DNA of 64,000 nucleotides, taken from positions 8,680,001 to 8,744,000 of the forward strand of contig NC_135252.1 of the NCBI RefSeq assembly GCF_964204865.1, given 5' to 3'. This DNA comes from Styela clava. Its lineage: Eukaryota. Each line of letters opens with the position of its first letter. The stretch's first letter is position 1. The notes beneath the pieces were generated by a model. That model saw only the letters and a list, made by a program, of their open reading frames with translations. It did no database searches and had not been told where the DNA came from. Made by a program: the position numbers and the translations under genes. Positions 51,870 to 64,000 of the stretch are shown in pieces.

Positions 51870-53595
51870 GTCAAATTTTGATATATGAACATAGGCACAG
51901 TTGTAATCAGGGATATTCAAGATGAATCAATGTTCGATTACATTTGAAATAGGCTATATTTAATATAGTAAATATATGATACCGGTATAATTTTAATATT
52001 TTCATTAGAACAATTATCATTATAAGCATTTGAAATCTTGTATGATCAGACTTTCTTCAACCTGACTTACAATGATTTGTGAAAATTTCTTTTTTTAACG
52101 TGACTCAATTTATTACATGTTCAAAAATATTACCTACATCAGAATGTATTCGAAATAGTATGATTTGATTTTGGTTATCCCTGGTTGCTCTTTTTTGTCC
52201 ATTCATTTGGGTTGCGGATTGGCAAAAATAGTTTTGCAGAAATTCTTTATTCTTGTATTGGATATTTTTATATGAATAATCGCACTACTAAATTCAGCTT
52301 TTGTTACACTGTTGCCAAATAATAGAAAAAACGTTTGAACATTCATTGGTCGTTCAGAAAATTCCACTTTTATAATTACTTATATGAAGATCCACTTGCT
52401 AAACTTTCTTATTGAAATTTCAATATCATAGGGTTTCGTATTATTCAACTTGAACAATAATCAACCTAAAATACTAGCGATTTTACTCTGCTGCTTGTTA
52501 TTGTCGCTTTTTTTAAATCCTCTTTCTAATATTTTGAACAGGTACTAGAATATGATGTGATAGTTTTAAAATAGTTGTACGTATATCTTTTCAATACTTT
52601 TTTTTTTTAATTCAAATCACTTCCATAATTCTCCATCAAGTATCCTAACCTTGATCTGAATGGTAACTAAAATTTCCCCCTGAATTCTTGTATTACTCGT
52701 ATTTTTGGAATGATGAACGGGCCAATGAGTACTAAAAATCTCTGGAACCACTGGTATAGACCTTGATTTCAAGATAGTCTATAGTGCTGTTGTTTTTCTG
52801 CGCGCATCTAGATATTCTGAATGTTTCAAGCACGTGAATTTGTCCAAAAGGATTCAATTTTTATTTATATATTGCACTTAATATATTGACCTGCAATGTT
52901 GTTGAGTTTAATAAATGTGGTTTTTTATGTCAGAGCTGAATGGCATGAAGCCTATAGTTGCAACTGCAGCATCGTGCCTTCTACATTTTTTATGTGCTGT
53001 TCTGTCATTTTGTCAACCATCACACGCAAATTATGAATATATTAAACTCTTGCTATTTGCGTAACTCCTAATGCCTCTGGCACTCTCTCTTTTTTGTATT
53101 GCTTAAAATATGTACGAGAGCAGAGGTGAGCAAACTGTGGGCCACAAGGGATAATTGTGCGGCTTGGCGAGTGCAAATTTTGAGTGGTGTGCCCGCGAAA
53201 CGAGTTTTTAGTTCAGTTAATCTGGTACATGCAAGCATTCCCTTTGCATTACAAAGCCTATATACCAGTACCTGAATGCCACTCATATTAACAAAACTAG
53301 CTAGCAAAATACGCAATGTTAATAAAATGTGTTTCTCACTGAATTCCAGAAGTCTGTGTGACAATAAATTTGGTACAACATATTAGAAATACTACAATCG
53401 CATTAGGAGTAAATTTTCTCCTCGCATACAGAATTGCTGCCTTATTACTTATTTGGTCAATTGCAAGCCCTTTTGACAATATGAGAAAAATTAGATTTGG
53501 TGGCACAATAAGTGTAGTTTCCTAGGCTATTTATGTCACTGCTATAGCTGCATATCTACTGACAGTCTTGCACCATGATTCAAAATAGAAACTTC

Positions 53596-53794
53596 GGCGC
53601 TCCAGAAGTGTTGGAGGGAATTAATTTTTTTCGCCTACTTTACATCAAGTTGTGTCTGAAACCTATGGGCAGGGGGTATATTTATTTACTTGACCAACAC
53701 GAAAAGTCCCCGAACTCGTAATAGAACTAAAATAAGGAAATCGGAATAAAATTATGACCCAACCCTAACCTGGTACACACACTACGGGAGTACC
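53596..53794. mobile_element. MITE family A copy
   Basis: Same ends. TSD gaaacttc/gagacttt. Confidence 0.85.
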
Positions 53795-55427
53795 GAGACT
53801 TTTACTTTATATACAGATGTAGTAAGCTCGGTAGCACCTGATCTTCATTACGCAAAATTTAGTGTTCTTGACAATATATATTTGTATATGTATAGAATGA
53901 TAAGCAATAAAGAAAGTAACAAATTCCAGCAGATTAAATACTACTAATTGATCAATGGAATAAAAATGATTTTTGACACTTAATTCTTACAGGTTTTATG
54001 TTAGGTGAATGCCAAGTGTGTGAAAGTCAAACATGTCTTATATGATAATTTGAAAGTGAAAAAACTAGGCATCAGAAAGCAAAACTAACCAGTTGCAACA
54101 ATATTCTTTCCAAGTTCGTTTTTGTACAAAAAACTAACAAATTTTATACTCGAAAGTACTGAAAATCGGCATCTGAATAATCCAAAACTATTCTCTATCA
54201 ATGTAATCATTCGATTCCACCATATCTGGTAAATATAGAGCGACAGTAAATACTTGCAGAATATTTAAAGAACATAAATTTGACAAACATCAAAGTCCTT
54301 TTTCTGCAATATATTAACACTATTTTTCTAACATTTATGTGATGTACAATTGGTCACTGATATCCAATACTTGCAAAGGATAATAAAAGTCATATTTTTC
54401 AAAGATCACCATTGCAGATTTTATGGAATATATCAAAAATATACAAAGGATAAATTGAAATTGCTTTGCAGATGAGAGTAAAAAAAATTTGATGGGTTAC
54501 AAGAGGCCCAAATTACTTGCTGCGAAGTGTGAGCCACAGATAAGTTTCCCAATCTTCTTAGACGACGGACCAGTTTGTGAATCTTATTTGTGACGGACCC
54601 CCACCCTATGCCGTATCAATTGATGTGCCTAACCAACGAGGAAGAATAATGCTTCATTTGACAAAATAAATGAATCAATACATACTAATGTTGAATACTG
54701 GCAGGCTAACAGCAATTCAATAAGGTTATGATCTATTTATATTTGTTTCAGACTCTTTTCATATCAGTGTGGACACCTGTGCAGGGTCCGCGGGCTAGGT
54801 TATATTGAACTTTAGCTAATGCCATAACACAAACTCACTTATTTGACTAATGAACACAATCAAATAGTCACTTTTCAAGTCGATTATTGAAAGCAATTTT
54901 ATAAGAAGCAAATAATTGTTCTTCTCCTTTGAAAAGCTGATTTAGTTGGCTGGCATCCAGTATATGTGCTTACATTTTAAACAGAAACAGATTAAAAAAT
55001 ATAAAATCTCAGTCAACTCACAACAATAAAAATGTAAATAGAAATAAAAATTTGAGTTGGCAAAATTTTTAAGGATATTACTTACAATGAAAGAATAAGA
55101 TGCTGTAGAATAATTACCAGCAAGTATTTACATTAAAAAATATTGGAAGAAGCTTAATAAGAATATACATAAAACAATAAGAAAAAGTATTGGTTACAAA
55201 AATTACAGAGAGGAACATAAGTTAAAAAAAGAAAGCGAGATTTCAGCCTCAAAAACACAAGAAAATAAGAAGTTCTGGTATTGTTATGCAACAATTCACA
55301 AAACTTATCTATTGTTACCACATTCCGCAGTATACAGAGGTGGGCAAAACAATTGGTTAGCAAATTGCTTTGCTTGTTAGTGAAACGATCATTCATAACA
55401 GGTCTATTGTTTCTAGCCACATATTTC

Positions 55428-55642
55428 AGCGCTTCAGAAGTATGTGTACCAATATGGAGGTAATTAATTTTATTCGCCTACTTTACATCGAGTTGTGTAA
55501 CGGGACGGGAGCTTATGGGCAGGGGGTATATTCATTTGACTAACACAAACAGTCCCCGAACTCGTAATATAACTAAATTAAGGAAAACCGTAATAGAATT
55601 AGGGCATAACCCTAAACCTGATACACATACTACGGGAGTACC
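55428..55642. mobile_element. MITE family A copy
   Basis: Same ends. Perfect TSD catatttc. Confidence 0.88.
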
Positions 55643-57264
55643 CATATTTCTGCGTAAAAAGTCTATTTCTGAATCATTATTAATATTGTAACAGAAAAAA
55701 AACATGTTTTGAACAAACTCAATGGCCAATTTGTATGGGTTGATTACTGTTTCATAAAATCAATTCATAAAGGTATGTAGAAATTGAATTTTTAATTCAA
55801 AATATTCTATCAATCAAAGGTCCAGTGAATGTATTTTTAAATAATCACTTTTCAACATGAATACCCCCACTTATAGGGCAAAATATGACTTCAATAAAGC
55901 AGAAAAAAGTTGAATCCAAATAAATTCAATTGACAAATCCACTTGCTACATAAGTGTCAAAGATCATAGTTTTAACAAGTAAATTACATCGTGAGGTTTA
56001 AAGTTAATAAGACTATTTTTATCACTTTTTTGCGATGTAGATAATATATGTTGATAGAAAAGATAGTTTTGAGATCTTCACAAGTAAGTTGATACTGAGC
56101 AACGAATATGAATGCATGTATTTTCAACAATGCTTTTGTGCAAAACTAGAAAATAGAATTAAGGAGTGAAAGAGTGGTTTATAGGGCTGTTTTTTTTTAA
56201 CTAAGATTTTTTAGGACCTACTAGTTTTAATTTAGATTCAGTATATATCATGAAGGGGGTCCCCGGCATGTTAGAAGATATCCGAAGGGGGTCGCGACGC
56301 AAAAAAGGTTGGGAACCACTGTTCTAAATTATCAGTGAACATTGGAGCGAAATGGCTCGTTTCTGAAGAAGCATTAGAAATATATTTTCAAAGGCTCTAC
56401 TCTACAGCCAATACTTAATATATGACATTACAGAATCATAAAAATATAAAAGTGTACGACTCAAATCTTTTTGATGTGAAGAACACTATTTTTAAGGTGT
56501 TCTTAATGCTAAATAGCCAAAATGATTATCCCAAAATCTTTGTTTATCCAGACAGAATTCTTAGTTTAATACACAATTGAGACTTGATGAGTTAATTCAA
56601 TCCACAACCGAATTTCTGAGTGTATAAGAGGGGATTTCTATTTGGATAATTATAACCCAATCATTGAAATCGACTGTTGCTGCATAAATATATTTAAAAT
56701 AGAATAGCAAACAAAATCACCAGATGAACAAAAAACCATTAATTTACCATTCCTAATACACCTGAAATAATGTTTTTAAATATATAGAACATAATTTCAG
56801 CGAAAATTTTTACACAAACCAATCCAAGTTCATGTGAATTAAATTTGGTAATTCAGATTGTTTGAGATAAACATTGTTTCGGTTAACTATTTTTTTTTTT
56901 TACAGTTTACGAAGTAAAACTGACCGTCAAATGCTCGAGATGATAAATTGGCAAGCGAAAAATTATTCGCCAAATCAAGAATTGAATATGTAGAATAAAA
57001 CTAAACTCAAATGAATTCACACTATAGATTGGATTTCAACATCCTTACCAGTAAACCATTAAGACAAATAACTAGCTCAACCATGTTATAGCTGAAATAG
57101 CCAGAACTCTGGAAATTTCAAAATTTCATTCCCGTGGAGTTAAACATCGCTAGCTGTATAGTCAAGCATCTACCAGGCCGATGATAAATGTAAAAAGTGT
57201 CATGCGAATTTTGTGACACAAGGTGTTGTTCAGAGAGTGTTATAATGATTTTTTCGAATATTAC

Positions 57265-60200
57265 TCATGGTTCCTCAGGAACTTCCTCAAATCGAGTTAA
57301 TGCGAGTCTCAACTGTCCAACAATTCCTTCGTAAAAATCAATTTGGCTTTGTAACATGTCTGTCATCATGTGTTTGAAATCTCGAACTCGTTCTTTATGG
57401 AAATGAGTAACTTCAGCCTGAAATAAAAATATGTGAATTATTTTTTGTGTGATATAAAATTTTTCCTTTCCTAAAGGTTTACTCCGGAAACAGTGCCAGG
57501 GTACCTGATCAAACCCTAATTCAAAGCAAGGGTACTTACATTAGTACAGTTTTGAAACAAAATTATAATAGAGAATAATAATCATGGTCATCAGACTCCT
57601 AGGGCAGGGGTGGGCAACATTATTTGTCTGTGGGCCATATAAACCAACTTTAGACATCTAGCTGGGCTACATAAAAAGGAAGAGAATGTGACTATCGCTC
57701 AGCCTTACAGTTATGAAGACACCAAGCAAAACGGCGATAGAGTTGACGCAGCAAAAATAGCAAAAAACAAGGACCACACTAAATGGCTTGGCGATCCTTT
57801 TGTTGCACAGCCCACTCTTAGGGAGTCCACCAGACTCTTTCGGAGTCTATAAGTTTTTTTTGTTTGCTGACATGGACTTAAAAAAGATAATGTAAATGTA
57901 CTGGTATTTTAGGATATATTTAGAGTCAAACGATAATTTTATCAAAATGTCATTTTAGAAGAAAGACTATAAGAAGATTCCGGTCCCTTTAACTTCTTAC
58001 GTATCAATGGTTTATACAGATCTTTGTTTCGAGTAAATGGGTTACAAACTGTCAATAGTTTATATTCAGGGAAATCCATCCATTTACAAAATTCAGTATT
58101 AAAATGGTCAGATGACAAAACACTGATACTGAATAAATTTGATGCTACTAAGATTTACACCTAACATGCCTCCCTCCCATGTATGCAATACAAATGTTAT
58201 AACAAACTCTGTCTAAAATTTCTACCTTGTTCACTAACAATATGTTAATGCATGCCATTCACTAGGGCCCGACCGATACTGCCTTTTGAACCGATACTGA
58301 TACCGATAGTTTTCTAAAACTAGGCCGATAAGCCGATACCGATGTTTTTTCACCTACAAATATGGCTACTAGGGATGGGCCGGGATTCGGATCCGGACTC
58401 GGATTCGAGTCGAATCCAGGCATTTTTTGGACTCGGATTCGATTTCGAGTCCACGTCGTTTTTACCGAGTCCATAATCAATTCTGTTTTTACTAATTTAC
58501 GCTTATGTTTGTACTTTTACCTCTTTAAATCCCACTACATACCTTAACTAGTAAAATTCAAAGTTAGATCTGTAACAATATCCCTCGTGTGCATTATAAA
58601 CACTCCTAATAAAACGACGACAGATATCCATATAATATAACGCAAGTTAAAAACTATTGATCGCTTATAACAATGATGTTGCGCCAGTCGCCTTCAAACT
58701 TTCTATTCTTTTCGGTATACATGTGGTACACAATAAAATATGTGTTAGCGCAATATTTTCGAGTTTTAGATTCGCGTAAAAATGAAACATGCCCTGAATC
58801 AACCCAATGGGGAATCTCATCAATACCTCTTTCAAATCGGGTTTACTACGTGCAATCCTTTCGCTAAAAAGGCAATGGAAAGCATGGAGAGTGCTAGAAC
58901 GTTTAGATGAACTATTAAATTGCAAGCGGATGTACCACAATGTATTGACGACGAGTGGCATTTCTCTACCATATGCGCACGTGACATAGTAAATTCACGG
59001 CTAGAAATATCTGGAATTATGGGAAAGCATTGTAGTCAAAAGATTTTTTATTTTTCATATTAACATGTAAGAATATCTGAATAGCCGACCAGAATTGACG
59101 CAAGGTGGTGGGCTGGAGATCCAGTTCACAGCCAAGGCACACATTGGCCCACGTTTACGTTTGTATTAAGGTCGCCAAAAAGAGAAAAAGATATTATTAA
59201 AATGATTCAACAGCTATCTGCGGAACCATCAGGCAAAAAATATGAGCTACGACGTATATTTGTGAGCGCACGATGCTGTAGCATGGTCAAAAACGTGTTT
59301 TTCTGCTTTTCTATTATGACGTCACGGACTCGGCAGATTCGATTCGAGTCCTTGACCTATTACTCGGATTCGTCGAATCTCTGTAATGCCGGACTCGTCC
59401 CATCCCTAATGGCTACAAGCAACACTCTGAGAATATTGTGTTTTTCTTGCAAAAGAATTGAAATGTTGAACTCATGCAATTGTGTGCATGGCAAGAAAGA
59501 ACACATATTGTAAGGGCAGGAAGCTTATGAATCTCAATAGCTTCAGTTCAACAGTCTCAGATGTAGTTGAGCAGAGTTTTTCTGCATTGGCTCCAATCAT
59601 ACTTGCTCTTGTGTTTTGCTTTGAAATGGCTCTACAAATTATACCCATTTTTTTTTTAAAACTGGCGGAACCTTTCGACTTAATAATGATAAGCATATCC
59701 TACAAATTACGCCATCATTATGGCACACGAAGTACCGCTAGAACCAGCCATCTATTGCATATCAATACAAGAAGTTAAATCGCGCCTTGAACGACCAAAG
59801 TGCAAGGGAAATCCAAGGCCGTGGAAAGTGGAAAAGGCGAGAATTGTTTATTAATCAACGTATATTATTTGACACAAATAAGTCGTTCAAATGTTTCTCT
59901 CGTTTCAATTTGCAAGGCCACCACGCTCGCTTACAAAGTGTTAAATCCCGTGCCATACGTCCGTTTTGGATAAGCGAAACATAGTCAAAAGAATTCTTTA
60001 TTAACCAAAGTAAATTATTTGACACAAATAAGTGGCTCACGCATTTCTCTCGCTACAATTTGCAAGCCATCACGCTCGCAAACTCGCTTACGAAGTGTTA
60101 AATCCCGTGCCGCCATACGTCCGTTTTGGATAAGAGAGACACAGTCAAAAGCCGCTTTTTGATAAGAGAGAAATAGAAGTAACCAGGAAAAAGAGTATTA

Positions 60201-62983
60201 GGCAGAACCGCTCTCAATTAAACAAGCGATAAAACTGCTTTCCCGGCGAAATTTGGACACTTTGGCAGTCACGTGATTGGCCGATATATATCGGTAAAAT
60301 TAGCCGATACGATAGTTCAAAATTTGTGAAAACCATGGCCGATATATCGGTCGGGCCCTACCATTCACTGAACTAGCCTATAGCATTCTATCCATACCTG
60401 CATACATCCAGTGATCCTCTGAGTACGTTCTTCAACAGCGTCGACATCAGCTGCAGACATTCTGCCTTCTTCTTGTAATCTTTTGCATTCACGAACTTTA
60501 CGTAAAGCACCAGATTCCAACTGCACATAGAATAAGAAGAAATCAATACAGACAAATAGATATGAAAAAGTTGATAATCTAAAACACAACTTGAAATAAG
60601 GAAATTTTGACAGATATCAGTAAAGATGAATATAGCAATCTTGGGACCGATATTGGTTTAAATGGTTCAATAGAATGATTGTACAAAGAAGGCCAATAGA
60701 CTTCCTAATACCGAATTCTCAATATGACAGCTTCAAGTGAGTATAATACAGCACCAAAGCCAATGCCTGCTACTTATTGTTTTGGATAATCAAAAGCAAC
60801 AATCATACATTGACTATGAGCTCAACATTTGAAAAATTGTGCTAATATTGAAAACATGCACAAGATACATATGTATGAGAGGATTATCGGGTTGCCGCAA
60901 TGTGGTTCAACTGCTGGTTACAACTTCTACCTCCATCAAGTCCATGCATTTATAACAAATGACTTCGACTAACAAACACTCATCATGTAACCGAAGAGGT
61001 CGTGTTCTGCTATATCATTAACCACTTTATTGCCTTTCCTGTCTTCTGGGATGCGAAAAATCCTATTTGCACATTCATAAATAAAGTAAACCCGGAATGA
61101 AGGACATAAACCTTTGTTTCAGACCACATACATGCCATATATCTGGAAATACTTCTAGAATTCCTTTGTATAACCAAAGGTTATGTAATAAAGGACTCAT
61201 GTCATTCTTTGGTTGCTCTGCAAACATTTCACCAATTTTTTCATAAGTTTGCCCTGAAATTGAGTAAATATGAGTTAGATTTCTCAGTAGGCCTACACAT
61301 AGCACATTATCAATAAAAACAAAGAAAAAAAATTTGCCAAACCTATTAAACTCGTAGGTAACTATATGCAAGCTTATAAAATTACATTTGATAGATAGCA
61401 CACCTACCTTGTAATCAACTATTTGAAAAACAAAATTTGAACCTGAAAATTTTTAACTCAAGGAGCCAATATAATTGGGAGTATGAATTATGTGCAAAGA
61501 GGATTTCTGGAATCCTTATCGTCGAGCAATTCACGCAATCGCTGGTCAGATACAGCTTCATCCGATCGTTCGATTTCCATATCTGTACTAGTCATAAATT
61601 GGTAACCGGACCAGAGGCCCTAGTTGGTCATATGATTAAATAGTCTTATCAAGTTTTCTTTCCTCAAAATAAATGTGAAAATCCTACTAAAATGACATTT
61701 AATGAATGGCAAAATGAGAGAATTGTTAATAATTCCAACCTGTATATTTTACTGCATCAGTTAACGCTTGCGATTCAGGTGTTTGGTGTTGATTAAAAGC
61801 GTTTGATAATGTTCCAAATGATCGACTCATAGATATAAATTCTTTCTTGAATGCGCCAACATGTCTGTTTGCCATATCACGTGATGTTGATGTGAGTTGT
61901 GATACCCCATCATCCATACCTGGCAAACAATGTGATGAAAAAAATTTAATAACCAGAATGAAAGTTCTAAAACTAAGAAGAGTTCTTTCATTGGTCATAA
62001 AGAATCATTTTATGCACCAAATATTCACACAATCCATCTTGTAATACTTGTCTACAAAATATTTCCATGGAAACACTCTTCACTTCAAATGGAGCTAGAA
62101 TTTGAGAATACCCATTACTTTGATTAATATATCTTTAGTTTAGATATTGGGGGGTTCAACCCATACGCTTCCCCACAATGTTAACAGCATTTGAAGTGTA
62201 TGTCGAAACTTATTCAGCAAAATCCAAACGGACACAAAGTACTGTTCTTTGAAATCAATTGGCGGAAAATCCGATTAGTAGCGAAGCTTTTCAAAAGCAG
62301 CAAAATTTACCTTAAAACAACTGGCCCTTGAGATTCAGAACTAATTTGCAAAAGTAATAGTCCAAAAAAAAAAAAAAGAATTTTGCACTAAATACAATAA
62401 CAACAATTTGAAAAAGATCCATAAGTCTACTTTGTGAATAATCTAAAATGAATTGTCCTAAAAGTTATTATGGTTGCAATACATTTACTCATAATGAATT
62501 AATACTGTATCTATAGTGTAATTCACAAAACAGGTGAGAGCCAAATAACTTGGTTAATTGGAAAATTTAATTCATCTTTAATATTTAACAGTAATTATAA
62601 TGAGTCATGCTGGGCTATATCCAGCGAGGTGACAGAAGCATATGGTGCCAATTTCAGTTCACCTTGCCAAAGGAAAATTAGAAACAGTTACATAATTGCA
62701 TAACGTAGCCTACTAAAGTTGACTACTAACTAAAATATCTGAATGTATTAAGCATACATTTTACAAATTTCTTGAAGTGTTCAAGTCTAACTTCAGCATC
62801 TCGGCTGTCAAACTGTGACGGTTGAGAGAATATATCAATAGTGAGAAAAAAATTTGCCCCCAAAAGTTCATCTCTTTCCGCTTTTCTTTTGGCCATTTTC
62901 CATGCTTTTTGTTCAGTAAGAGTTATATAATTTCTGAAAACACTTGATGTGGAAAGTAATGGATGTCGACAGATATGTGATAC
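57265..62983 (-). CDS. Sorting nexin of the SNX9/18/33 (SH3-PX-BAR) family, 3' part only (exons 62983-62758, 61919-61740, 61253-61132, 60520-60398, 57417-57265); upstream exons appear to lie beyond the window
   Basis: Has CRHPLLS..KAWKMAKRKAERDELLGANFFLTI (end of PX), MDDGVSQL, YEKIGEMFAEQPKND, YKGILEVFPDI and QAEVTHFHKERVRDFKHMM (BAR). GT-AG introns are phase-consistent. Confidence 0.92.
57605..57816. mobile_element. Degenerate hAT MITE
   Basis: caggggtgggcaac at the left and gttgcacagccc at the right. Confidence 0.55.
58263..60360. mobile_element. Non-autonomous hAT (TAGGG-ended, Ac-like), outer element, in the last SNX intron
   Basis: TIRs tagggcccgaccgata / tatcggtcgggcccta, perfect TSD ccattcac, and ccgata subterminal repeats. 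Confidence 0.92.
58370..59408. mobile_element. Non-autonomous hAT (TAGGG-ended), inner nested element
   Basis: TIRs tagggatggg / cccatcccta, perfect TSD atggctac, and gactcgg/gattcg subterminal repeats. Confidence 0.92.
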
Positions 62984-64000
62984 CTGAAAAATATGAATTT
63001 TTTTTTAATGAAAACCAGTGGAAATACTTTTCTTGTGTCTATTAGCTATAAAGATATATCAATGCACCAAAATTTCTTCTATGATCATTAAGGTGCATTT
63101 AATATTGGTTATATTGACTGCAGATGTTGCTGAGAGTGTGCTCATTTGAAATATATACAAAACACCAAAACCAAAATATCATGTCAAAATTTTTGGATTG
63201 TTAGAACTAAGGATATGTAAATTAGGCCATCTAGTTATGTCATATGTCTGTTAATTCAGGAATGATCAAAACAAATTGAATTTTCAAAATTATTCATATG
63301 CAATATATTAAATTATTACCGGTAACTCTCAGGAATAATTTTTAAGTTTTATTTGAAAAATTATCATTTTGAGTAATTTTAGTCTTACAGCATGACTAAA
63401 AAGATGTTCAATCAATTTCTGAATAATTGTGAAAAATAACATCCATATTGAAAATCATCGTTTTGGAATATATTTTGAACAGTACATTTTTTCAGGATTG
63501 GCCATTCCTGCATGGGATTTTCCAAAAAATATATTTATAATAATCATTAGAAATAAAATTTTCAATTGATTTATCAAGCAACGAATGAGGGTTACATACA
63601 GGCAAACTGCAGAAAAGAAATACCGGCCAATACTACAAGTCTACAACTGAAAGTAAAATAACTCGTCCCCTTTTTGGCTATTGAGTCACATCATCTTTGC
63701 ATATTACATTGCGATATATCTTATGCATAACAGCCCTATATGGAACACATTGCACTGTGACTCAGAATTATAACATTTTTACTTGAGATTACACTTTTGC
63801 AAAACTGAGATGACGTCACGCGACACTCTGTACCTAAGCCAGTAATGTTGAAAATAAAACTATGACGTAAATATGGATGTAAACCATAACCTGATGTCTC
63901 TTACTAGAAACAGATGATTCGACAAACAGCCATACTGTGTCGAGGGTCAAAAGACAAAGGGCTAATGTAGAAATTTTCAAAAGTTTTTTTTTGTCAATGA

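Overview
This is AT-rich eukaryotic genomic DNA from a compact invertebrate genome. A tunicate or other invertebrate chordate is my inference, from short GT-AG introns and chordate-like proteins. I reconstructed seven genes exon by exon, checking splice phase: citrate synthase (+, one coding intron), TPGS2 (-, 7 coding exons), QPRT (+, 4), THOC1 (+, 16), an unrecognised 10-exon ~502-aa gene (-) that the ORF track almost entirely misses, an intronless VPS54 (+), and the 3' half of an SNX9/18/33-type sorting nexin (-). Introns and intergenic DNA are dense with non-autonomous DNA transposons: hAT (some nested, with perfect 8-bp TSDs), mariner/Tc1/Tc2, a GG-ended 8-bp-TSD MITE group with about 10 copies, Helentron-like elements and a tRNA-derived SINE. 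The most unusual signal is a ~560-nt non-coding segment (9816-10375) downstream of the citrate synthase stop. It shows nested long-range helices, a potential pseudoknot and three hairpins that share an ACCCC loop but have different stems, making it a candidate undescribed structured RNA. Other points of interest are the orphan gene with an RFX-like box, two intron-poor housekeeping genes, a hAT hairpin-type footprint and a mariner fold-back derivative.
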